DNA of 60,923 bases, the filler included, from Jimgerdemannia flammicorona (Eukaryota): NCBI GenBank assembly GCA_003990765.1. It is 2 parts of 2 records of this genome, joined end to end, with 100 filler letters (N's around TTAATTAATTAA, not from the genome) between each part and the next. Parts side by side here need not be neighbours in the genome. Positions count along the whole stretch, not along the records: positions 1 to 30,428 come from RBNJ01000444.1; 1 more part is not named here. One strand, 5' to 3'. Shown here piece after piece: positions 1-10,201 of the stretch. The number at the start of each line of letters is the position of its first letter. Position 1 is the first letter of the stretch. Under the pieces are notes generated by a model that saw only the letters and a list, made by a program, of their open reading frames with translations, had not been told where the DNA came from and did not search any database. The position numbers and the translations under genes were made by a program.

Positions 1-37
1 GGGGGCAGGTTGGTGGGCAGGTCGGCGGGCAGGTTGG

Positions 38-365
38 TGGAGGGAGCGTGCAAAATTTGCGGCCCTCCGCTGACAGCAAGGGGCAGCCCCAAGCCGCAAG
101 TGTCTGGGTCAGAGGGGGAGGCAGAGGGAGCACGCAAAATTTGCAGCCCTCCACCAGCAGCGAGGGGCAGCCCCAAGCTGTTAGCGCCCGGGTCAGTGGG
201 CGGAGTCGGTTGGCGGGTGGGGCAGGCGGAGGGAGCACACAAAATTTGCAGCCCTCCGCCAGTGGTGTAGGGGCAGCCCCAAGCCGCCAAGGAGTCCAGG
301 GCGGAGGGTGCTTCTGGCGGTCGGAGAGTGCTTCTGGCGGTCGGAGGGCATTTTCGGTGGTCGAA
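38..365. repeat. GC-rich tandem repeats: three ~85-105 bp units (GAGGGAGCRYRCAAAATTTGCRGCCCTCC...GGGGCAGCCCCAAGC) then three ~20 bp units (GGAGRGTGCTTCTGGCGGTC)
   Basis: Units start near 39, 125 and 228; the 20-mers lie at ~303-362. The ORFs 10..270 and 48..413 are by-products of the repeat. Confidence 0.85.
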
Positions 366-459
366 GTCGCTGGTTCGGGTCCCACGGGCACCCCGGCCCT
401 GCATAACGGCTAAGCTAGTGCTACATAAGAGGCGCCCGGCCCAACCCCCCCACATAAGA

Positions 460-545
460 CTGCCCAACCTGCACAAAATGGCTGCCTAACCCTCACGAAA
501 GATTGCCTAACCCTCACGAAAGATTGCCTAACCCTCACAAAAACT
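460..545. repeat. 21-bp tandem repeat (TGCCTAACCCTCACGAAAGAT) x3 plus a degenerate copy
   Basis: Copies at 483, 504 and 525; degenerate copy at ~461. Confidence 0.9.
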
Positions 546-2596
546 GCTCCACCCGCCGGTCCCAGGCCTTGATGAGCCTGTCATCCATTGTGAGTGTGAC
601 GACTGTTGTGTCCGAGCTCTCCTCAAAGGCGATGGTACCGTGGTGGTCATGTGGTTGGAATAGGACGGCCGTGTTGGCCACAAACGGGACACCGAAACCA
701 TAGGTGAGGTTGTACCAGACTCCGCCGCTGTCCTCCCAGGTTGGGCCCTTCCTTTCCGGGACGTAAAACATTACCGGGGTGACGTTGTTGTCTGTGTGTG
801 TGGGCAGAGAAAGGTTGCGCCCAACATATTCTGATGTGATGTGAGCGTACGGTTGGGTGAACCCTTGGCCCAGGACCTCATACTGCTAGGCTGTGCTGGT
901 GGATACCTGCCCTTGGTCCAGCCCTGGGAGCCCCAGCTTGGAAACCTGCCAAAACAGATGGCAACCAGTTAGTCCTTTTTGGGTTCGGGGGGCAGAAACC
1001 CCCCGGGCCGCAAAAACCCCCCGGGCTGCAGCACCCTGAAAGAGCGGAGCTCCTCACCTCATACAGCATGCTAAATTGCGCCAGGAATGTACGTACAGCC
1101 ACGCCGAGGTCACCACCAAGCTGGCCTGCCGTACGCTCTACCAATCTGCTCAAAGAACCCCAGATCATAGCCGCCATCGCCGCACAGGCTGTGTCGTGCT
1201 CGCGCGCAGTTTGCTCTTTGACGACACTTCTAAAGTTCCGGTAGGGGTACAGAATCTTGTGCATCCCTAGAATTGTATCAAAAAGAGTATGTCGGCGAAG
1301 AGTGTGATTTATCTGAGAAGGGGTTAAAAAAAAAGGGAGATGAGTGCGGGGGATTTCGGAACCCACCCTTCACCAGTGTTGCAGTATACCCAATTCCCAT
1401 CCAAACCCCCCCTCCTTGCTTTTTTCGCCCCCTCTTCCCTGCCACCTGGTATTTGACGCAATCCTCACAAATCTCGTTGATGTGGCAGTGAAGCTCGTCA
1501 CCATAGAGGTTCCTTACCACCATCGCAACCACCTCTCCACGTTCATTAATAAAGATATGGTTCTCTTCGTCATTGGTTACTCCTGCTGGCCAATGGACCC
1601 CTTGGTCGAGTATGATTGGCTCTGATTCGAATGTAGACCCCCAAGCCTTGATGACGATGCTGGTACTGCTCATGCTGAATATCTTGCCCTCGAATTTCTC
1701 TATTTGATCAGACGCCGGACGTGGTTGAACTCGGGTAACTTTGAACTCTCCTTTCCACTGGAACTGAGCCCTGATCTGAGGGACCGAGATAAGTATGCGG
1801 ACGGGTTGCGTGTGGGCAGGTTGCATGTGGGCAGGTTGCGGGTGGCATGCGGGCGGGTTGCGTGCGGGCAGGCGGGTTGCATGCAGATGGGTTGTATGCG
1901 GGTTGCATACGGGTTGCGTGTGGGTGTGGGTGTTTTTTAGGGGGAGACCACGTAAAAATGAAATTAAATAAAACATGGAGATGGGTATTTCAGAAAAAGA
2001 GCGTGAGTGAGTGAGCTGCATGCCAACAAGTTGCATGCCGACGAGTTGCACACCGACAAGTTGCACGAGTTGCACAAGAATTGCTCACGAAGGCTTGCTT
2101 CTGTTCCTTTTGAGACCTCCGCCACACGATGCATTGACTCAACAGCTCAGCCACCAAAGGCATGCCCCGCAATGTCCGCCAGCCTTTCTTCATCTTGACC
2201 AGATGTTGCGAATAAAGTTGGCAGATCTCGCCATAGAGCTGTGGACCCTGAGAAAAGCACGAGGTAAATTGGGTCATGCTGGGGAAGTTTAAATAAATAA
2301 ACACAAGTAAACAAGTGGCGGCTGAGTGAGCAACCTACATCTACTATTGGCTGCTCCAAAAAGGCTGCCGCATACATAGCTGTGAGGTCTGTGAATTCCG
2401 AGGTCCGAAGGGCCACCGTGAGTTGTTGCCGGAATTCTCCCTCATCCCCACCATCGCCATCACCACTGCCACTGCCACCGCCATCACCCCTTTGGCTCTC
2501 GATGAGCAGCTTGTGTGCTGTCCATATGAGAAAGAATCTAACATTGTCAGCAGAGAGTGTGTTTCCACCTCGAATACTCCCTCTTTTGACGATCAT
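535..2596 (-). pseudogene. Spliced TET/JBP-like 2-oxoglutarate/Fe(II) dioxygenase gene, ~481 codons, one in-frame TAG at 886-888 (pseudogene or recently disrupted copy)
   Basis: Exons 2596-2339, 2247-2089, 1775-1367, 1266-1058 and 945-535. All four introns are GT..AG with matching phases; intron 4 has a GACTAAC branch site. The joined protein reads FINERGEVVAMVVRNL...GGVWMGIGY...KLGLPGL...LSLPTHTDNNVTPVMFYVP...GGVWYNLTYGFGVPFVANTAVLFQPHDHHGT, i.e. HxD, a GG-beta strand and a distal H in the order of the fungal TET/JBP double-stranded beta-helix. Confidence 0.72.
1795..2076. repeat. Intronic short tandem repeats (GGGTTGCRTG-type and RAGTTGCAYRCCRAC-type)
   Basis: Lie inside predicted intron 2 (2088-1776) and explain several spurious ORFs there. 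Confidence 0.8.
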
Positions 2597-2797
2597 TGCA
2601 GGGTGAAAAATGAGTAGACTGGACCAATGTACGAATTTAGGGCTGCTGTTTTGTTTGCTCGTGATGCGGCAGGAAAGAACAAAGAAAAAGAACAAAGAAA
2701 AGAGAGGGAACAAAGGAAAGAGTGATGTCACCAAAGTGCGGCAGGAAAAAAAAACAAGAGCGAAATGAACAAAAGAAAGGGTGACGTCACCAAAGAT

Positions 2798-2994
2798 TTC
2801 AATCCGAATGGATCAATCCAGATGGGTCAATCCAGATGGGTCAATCCAGATGGATCAATCCGGATGGATCAATCTGGATCAATCTGGATCAATCCGGATC
2901 AGATCACGAGACCAATCCAAGTTGATTCGAATCCATCACATGATGAATCTGAATCGAATCTCATCCGGATCAACTCCATTCATTCGGAGCACTA
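2798..2994. mobile_element. Putative DNA-transposon end: GATCAATCC(A/G)GAT subterminal repeats ending in ...CGGAGCACTA (5'-TAGTGCTCCG on the minus strand)
   Basis: Dense direct and inverted GGATC/GATCC repeats. At 2995 the sequence switches abruptly into the middle of a family-B LTR region. Confidence 0.4.
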
Positions 2995-3899
2995 TTTATC
3001 AGCAAGGTTGGCAGAGTGATCAGAGTTGGCAGAGATTCTTGGTTCGAGATCATATCATCATCAGAGGAATCATTGTCTTCTACTTCATCTTCATCAAATC
3101 AGATTATATTATAGACATCCTTTATGGCATATCTGACTTGGAGCATTTGCAGGATATAGTCATCAGGGTGCAGAAAGATTCTATCTGTAGTCTGGACATA
3201 CTTGAGATACTTGTGGTTGAGTTCTTGTATCATATCATCAATTTGGCCATAAGACAGAGTAGCAACCATTTTGGCAGTAGTAACTCGAAGGTAGAGAATA
3301 AAGGTGCTGTACTCATAAAAGAATTCTTGATGTTTGCGAGCAATGAGTTTCTGGTATTGAGATATCTGGATAATATCTGTATTATGATAGTATTCGACCA
3401 TATCTTCCAGGAGGTAGCCAATCTAGTAGTAGTTTGAGATTTGTCCAATTCAGTAGACTTCACTAAGTATGTTCAGAGTATTCCATTAGGCTTCTATAAA
3501 GTAGAGAGGTGCTAAGCTATAGATATTCATAAGGAGCAGAGGGGGTGTGGCTTAGTTGATAATAGCATTCCAAATGTCAGTACAGATGTGGTTATAGATC
3601 TTAGTAGTCATATTTGTATATGTTCAGAAGTTATGGTTGTTGTTTGTTTTGGTTCTCTGTTTTGACATATCTTGGTACTTGGTATATATATATTTGGTCC
3701 TAATTGATAAGATCCTGTTTATATAAGTCTTATATTCTATGACTTTATATTGACTCAGCTTTATGCACTGTGACTTCGGTTTGACTCAGCTTTGTAATCT
3801 TGCAGGTGATTTCCAGATTTGTTTAGAGGTTACATGTGATTTCAGTGGCTTGTTCAGAGGGTGACATGTGATTTTGGTGGCTTGGAGGTTGTGTGCTTA
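2995..3899 (-). mobile_element. Gypsy family B fragment (B0): 3' region and part of the LTR, including the best-preserved ORF3 (ATG 3611)
   Basis: Aligns to 11930-12560 and 26000-26293; 3800-3899 matches 27720-27800 downstream of the B2 chromodomain. Confidence 0.85.
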
Positions 3900-6800
3900 C
3901 AGGGTGAAACTTCTTAACTTTGAGAGTGATGTCTGGTTCTTGTTCCTCCTCATTATTGTTGTCAGCTTGAAGCTCTGGAGGCTGGTCAACTTCTTCAGCT
4001 TCCCTTTTTGCTTCAGCAACTTCTTGCTCATACTTTTGTTAGCAGATTTTCCTAACTTTACTAATATAGGACCAGCAGTCATTCAGGTGTTCATAGTAGT
4101 ACATTCTAGTACTATAGAGGTATCTTCTTTGAGAGGCATAGCTATTGATGATCTTATTGTACTACTGCTTATCTGTGAGCTTGAGTGTCTTGTTCTTATT
4201 CTTATTCTTATTCACCAAGTGCATAAAGACTTCTGTATCCTTTTTATCTTCTTTTTTTATGTCTGGTAGAACTCCTTTATAGACATTGATAGAGACTCAT
4301 ACCTTTCTTCCTCTATAGTTGATTTGCATCTTCTGGGCATTGAGATCAATGATGGCCTTGGCCTTATAAAGTCATTGGTTGCCAATGAGGATGTCATAGT
4401 TGGTGGCACTTATAATAATCATATCTACTGAGATGGTAGCTCCTCCAATCTTGATGGAGACTTCTTAGATCTTGCCAAGAGAGGTAGCTCATGTACTATC
4501 TGCTGTGATATAGACTATCTTGGTAGACTCTTCAATATCCCAGCCTAGGCAGTCAATTGTCTTCTTACTCATAAAGTATCCTTCAATACTAGTATCAATA
4601 ATAGCATTAAAGATATAATCTTCAATCTGATATAGGGTATAGGCTGATGTCTTATGCTGATCTTCAGATTCTTTATCTGAATCTTCTTGATTATCTTCTT
4701 ATATATTGTGAGCTTTGATAATCTTGTACTCTTGATTCTTAGCAATAGTTGCAAGTCCTACTCTCAACTGCTGTCTGAAGACAGAGACTTCAGCTAGTTG
4801 TCCAAAAGTAGCATTGACCTTCTATTCCTTGAGGTCCTTATAGATATCATACTGGTGGATCTTGGTCTTATACAGCTTCTGTTCTTTCTTGCTTTCACTT
4901 TCTTCTGAGACTAGAGTAGTATCTTCAATAATTTAGCAGATAGCTTCATATAACTCTATATCTTAATCAATCTCCTTGAGTTAGGTCTTGCTTTGAATAG
5001 TGATAGTTGAGATCTTCTTTGGTCTTCCAACTGACTTATAGTTGCTCTTCTTATCATAGGGCTTGAACCAGGTTCTGGCATCTTTAGTAATAGGGTAGAA
5101 TTTGGACTCCTTGTAGTATTCTTCATTATCAGTATCACCAATCTCCTCAATGACTACTATATTAGTTTGTTCTCTGGTTCTGGTAGCATTGCTTGGTTGG
5201 GCTTTGCATCTTGTTTTGATCATGTAACTCTTTGCATAGTGGCCTTCTTCTCTACATCTGAAGTATGTGATATTGCATTCTTCTATAACAGCTACAAATC
5301 TCTGTACTGATCTCCTGTTGGCACTTCAGACTTTTTTAACAACATCACTAAGATATGCAGTTATCTTTTTTTATTTTTATTTTTTATAGTTACTTGGACT
5401 CTGTCTTTATTACCAGTCTATGAATAAGTATATAATATCACTACCTACTATCTGATCCCCATAGGGGAGCCTCTCCCCACCCCTTCATGAATAAAGATCA
5501 CTCTCTCACCAATGACTCCAACTCTCCTACCACTCTGTCCACAGATTTTCTCCACCAAGCAGCACCTCCGACCCCTCTGCAGCTCCCAACCAAGCCACCA
5601 GCCTGTCAAGGTGTCCTCTATAAGTCTCTGCCACCATGAAAACCAGCTCCCCAAGCTCTATCACCTCCCATCCTCAAAAACAAATAACCAGTGACCAGCT
5701 AGCCCAACCCAAATAGCCAACACCCAGCCTAAGGTAATCCACTCCTTTCCTACCCCTCCTACCAATCGATCCCTCAAGTCCTCCCACCTCTCCCATACTT
5801 CATCTCTCCTATGCCTCACCCCCAAGTGGTCCCCAATGATATGCAGTTATCTTAGCAAACTGCTTAGTGAGTTCCTCCATTAGGTCAGCTTTGGCTATCT
5901 TGGGGGTAGGTGGGAATAGTTGTCTGTTTATAACTATAGCAGGTATGATACTGGTTGGCTTTGATAACTCTATCTTAATATCAGTTATTTTCTCCATTGA
6001 GTATTCAGCAGGGTGTCTGGCAGTATAATATCTCTGTACAAAGACCACTTTCTGGTCAAGAGTCAGAGCAGTTGAGGTAGACTGGATTGTTAGGGCAATT
6101 TCAGGGTAAACTTCTTTGAGGAAGATTGAATCAGCTATTTAGTTCTTGAGGTAGTCATCATAGTTAGCCAAGATAATTTAGTGGCAGATTTGGATATAGA
6201 ATAAGTTAGAATCTTCACTAAGTCTTTGGCAGATAGTGTTGAGTTGATTCTTAAGAGCTTGCTTGATATCTTTAGTATAATATATAGTTCTGAGGAAGGT
6301 CTTTATGTTAGTAAGTCTGGCTACACTAGTATTAACAATAGTAGCTGTATTGAACTTATCTCTGGCAGGTCCCCTGAGGCTGACTAGTAGAAGGGCCAAT
6401 TATATATCTATATTGAGGGCTCATATGATAGCAAATTGTTCAAAGTCTTTAATGAAGATCAGGATTGACTCTTCAGTAGTATATCTATAGAATGTAGAGA
6501 GATATATTTCCATCTTATCTTAAATTCTTGCAAGAGTGACTCTTGTAGTCAGGGTAGTTATTGTGGTGGTTATTTGTTTTTCAGCTTAAAAGTGAGAGAT
6601 TCATCTTGAATTATCAGTCAATGGGCACTAAGTTGTCATATAGTGGTCACTGAGTTCTTCAAATATATCAGATTCTCTCCAAGATATATCTCTTAGACTA
6701 ACCTCAAGTTTGTTATAAGCAAGTTCTTATTGGAGTATCTTTCTAAGGTCTTATAGTCCTCAAACTTCTTATCTTTAAACTGTCTTATTATCTCTTAGAT

Positions 6801-7470
6801 TGCTTGCATGGAATTGAGAGTAAGTGAACTGGAACTGACTTTATTTCAAAGGAAATACATAAGAGAAGTATTTATATAAAATATAATTCAATAGTTGCTA
6901 AAATATAAAGCTAAATATAAATTCCAATAACTAAATAAAATACTGGAATACAGAAAACTACAGTTGTCAGTATAGATTCCAGTGTTGGTACAGATGGTTG
7001 TACAAGTTCAGAGTGCTGATAAAATTTTGGTGGTACAGAAAAAGGATGCTGAAAGAATTCTGAGTTATAAAAGATCAGAATGCCAGTAGAAGGATTAACT
7101 GTTATATAGGAAAAGAATGGTGTATTTCATATATATCATATGAGATGATATCATTACCAATGATGTCATCATGTTTGGTAGTAGAGAGAACAAGGAGATC
7201 AGGGGCTCTCCAGTCTATGAGGTCCTCTTCTATAAAATAAGAGACAAATGTAGAGTCTTGGAGAGTTGCTACTACTGCAGTTTCTTGATTCTTCTTTTAT
7301 ATTCCTCAAGATATCTGTCTTGTAGTCTCAATGACTTATAGTTAGTCACTATGACTCATCTTGTAGCCTGGGTGAGTCATGCCATATGATCTTCTTATAC
7401 TCTGATCTAGTAATTTATAAGGAAAGACTGTCTTTTGTACTGATGTCATCATTCTGAGATCACTATTATA
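3900..7470 (-). mobile_element. Gypsy family A copy A1: 5' LTR (6634-7470, with internal deletion near 7265), PBS, gag, protease and Zn module; truncated just before the dUTPase core
   Basis: Colinear with 46770-50546; PBS remnant at ~6613-6630; interrupted by a LINE fragment. Confidence 0.9.
5368..5837 (-). mobile_element. 5'-truncated LINE copy (3' end of ORF2, 3' UTR, degenerate poly(A)) inserted in A1 gag
   Basis: Matches the 3' ends at 30530-30990 and 60430-60890. Perfect TSD GATATGCAGTTATCTT at 5352-5367 and 5838-5853. Confidence 0.95.
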
Positions 7471-8024
7471 ATAAATAGAAATTATCAAAATAATATTAAA
7501 AAATAGATACTATAAATATAATAATACTCACTTTTACTATTTTAAGTAATATCAACAAATATACTAGAGTTATACTATAGTAAGTTAAAATTAGTAACTT
7601 CTATTATCTATAGATTAATTAGTAAGAGTTTTTTTTTCATCTGCTCTCTTTTTTTTTAAAAAAAAGAAAATAAAAATAAAATAAAAATACTTATTAGTAT
7701 TTATATTTTAACAATAGATACTACTAATAAAATTATTGAAGTTGACTATAAGAAGTATACTATTACTGAAAAAATCACTTTCATCTTCAGAACAAGTAAG
7801 ATTTTACTAACTAATATACTTGATAATATATAACTTAAAAAAAAAATATAAGTTTCTATATCTAATCTAGTAACTAATTAGCAATAAAGCTCTTACTATA
7901 ATAATATAGCTAGAGAAAGATAAGAAAGACAAGACAAGGTATTAGAATAAGTAATAAAATAAGAAGTTAAACTTTAAAATAATAGTTACTAAATATATTT
8001 ATTTTGAGTATACTATTATATATC

Positions 8025-8210
8025 CAACTATTTGAGTATATATATTGAATATATATATTGTTCATATATATATTGGATATATATATATATTGAGTATATA
8101 TTGAGCATATATATTGAATATATATATTAGATATATATTGAGTATATATATTAGTTATATATATTAGGCATATATATTAGATATGTATATATATTAAATA
8201 TATATATTCA
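8025..8210. repeat. TA-rich minisatellite (TATATATTGRRY units)
   Basis: Directly visible ~12-bp periodic array. Confidence 0.85.
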
Positions 8211-8217
8211 TGCTGAC

Positions 8218-9405
8218 CTCTTTCTCCACTACCTTACTAGTTACAAGGTTTGGTAGGCAACCTTCCGAGTCCTCTTTCCCCTATTATTACTCCCTCTACC
8301 TCAGGTTGGTTTGCTGTACCTGCATGGATATAGTGGGAGGAGGGCAATGGTGATGAGTTGCCCTTTTATTGGTGTCAGATCAGTGTCTTCTCTACTTTTT
8401 CATGGTTTCTAGTATCTTCAGCTGTATCTGGAGTGCATCCGTTTTGGTGCAGCACCTTCTTCCTTTTGCCATTACTAACAAGAAGCTGTCTCAGTATATC
8501 ACAGGTTATATAGGGAGTTGGCTGACCTTGGGCATCAAGTGCTCAGTATAGGTTACCTGCAGATCCTCAGTGCCTGTGGTGGGGCCCTCTGGCTTTGGCA
8601 AGCTTTTTGGCAAGCATGATTCTGGTATAGGTGACTGTTTTTAGATATTGTCAGAATGGGAGGGGAGATGGCTGTCACAGATAGGAGGATGGGTGATAAC
8701 AGTGAACTAGTAGGGTGCCAGACTGGGGGTGGTTATCAGGGCTGGGGTAGATAATATTTCAGTGGGGCCTTTCAATTGGCTGGTGGAGGGTGGAGTAGTA
8801 CAGGGGTTGACATCCTGGCTGTATCCAACTGGAACTAGGAGCTGATGCAGCAATGTAATTGAGGCCCACAGGCTTGGAGAGTGGGGCCTTCCTCATTTGG
8901 CAGTACCTAACTAGAACCAGGAGCTGACATGGCAATGTGATCAAGGCCCACAGACTCGGGGAGTAAGAGTGGGGTCTTTTCTGGTCCTAGCCCATATATA
9001 AGTCCTTTGCAGAAGGTTTTATATATAAGTCCTTTACTCACCCACTTTGAATCTGCTTTACTTTCTATTGGTTAGTTGGGGAGTTTTTTCTTTATCTCAG
9101 GCTTTCTTTTGGGGTTCAGGAGACTATTCTTTATTCAGTCCTGGTGCTGCTATATCTGATGCATAGGTGTGCTCTCGCATGTAAATGATGATCTAGCCCT
9201 GGTGAGCAGACAAGTCTAGTCTATGTCATGGGGGTCAACATAGCCAGTGTTTGACAGATATAGCTGGAGCAGTGGGACTGCTGGATAGTTTAGTAGCCTA
9301 GGTTCATGAGGAGATATTGTTCAGTAGATAGTGGGAGAGAGTTTTGGCCTATATAGTCTAGGTTCTCTTCTAATAAAAATCTGTGAGACTATGAGTCTGT
9401 TAAAA

Positions 9406-9406
<1 letters not shown>
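8218..9406 (+). mobile_element. ~1.2-kb non-autonomous poly(A) retroposon (SINE-like or LINE-derived)
   Basis: The 5' end TCTTTCTCCACTACC...TTTGGTAGGCA resembles the LINE 5' end. The 3' end GTTTTGGCCTATATAGTCTAGGTTCTCTT-AATAAA-...-An matches the reverse complement of 54601-54700. No long ORF. Confidence 0.65.
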
Positions 9407-9439
<33 letters not shown>

Positions 9440-9484
9440 TAGATATATAACTTAAGAATTGCTTATTTCCTTACTATTTATTTT

Positions 9485-9860
9485 TTTAAGTCAGATAAAA
9501 TCTATACTTTGTAGTTTTTTTGATATTTATTTCTAAAGAGTAGTAGTCAAGGCTTACTCACCTCACTCACTTCAATATCTTACTTACTGCTAGTTTACTA
9601 TATTGCTCATTTATTATTTTCTTGCTTATCTACTTACTATTCTTTTACTCACTCACTTACTCACTATTCAAGTTAGGTAAATTCTATATTTTGTAGTTTT
9701 TTGGAGGATTGTACTCATATATTTCTAATGCTCATTTCCAATATCTTTTTATCTATTTTTTCAAGTCAGGTAAAATCTATACTTTGTAATTTTTTTAATA
9801 CTTATTTCTAGAGAATATTGCTTATATATTTTCAAGACTTACTTATTTTGCTCACTTTAA
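9485..9860. repeat. Degenerate dispersed repeats (AGTCAGRTAAAATCTATACTTTGTARTTTTTT) x3 with CTTACTCAC-type spacers
   Basis: Copies at ~9489, ~9670 and ~9764. Confidence 0.7.
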
Positions 9861-10132
9861 TATCTTATCTTATAATAGTTACTACTTATATAGATTATAA
9901 ATAAACTACTTTACTACATATAAGTTCTTAGCCTCTCATCTTAAGATATATAATATAGTAAAATCATTATTTATAATTCTATATCATATATAATACTACC
10001 TATCAGATATTATATAATATTACTTCTCAGCCTTCTCCTAAACTGAATTACTATATAATACTATAGTAATTTTATTATATCATATATATTGAAAAGAAAA
10101 ATACAGAATATTTATCTATAGAATACTTAACT

Positions 10133-10201
10133 AAAAAAAAAAAAAAAAAAAAAAATTTTAATTAAAAAAAAATAAAAAAAAAAAAAAAAAAAAAAAAAAA
10201 A
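10133..10201 (+). repeat. Interrupted poly(A) tract, possibly a retroposon tail
   Basis: A-rich run; no TSD recognised. Confidence 0.6.

Noticed and set aside
483..545. Telomeric repeat or CRISPR-like array
   Set aside because: Only one CTAACCCT per 21-bp unit, no (TTAGGG)n run and no unique spacers
1278..2075. 265-aa ORF as a standalone gene
   Set aside because: Only 1775-1367 is exonic; the rest is read-through of repeat-filled introns
2781..3437. 218-aa plus-strand ORF
   Set aside because: Fusion of a repeat array with the antisense strand of B ORF3
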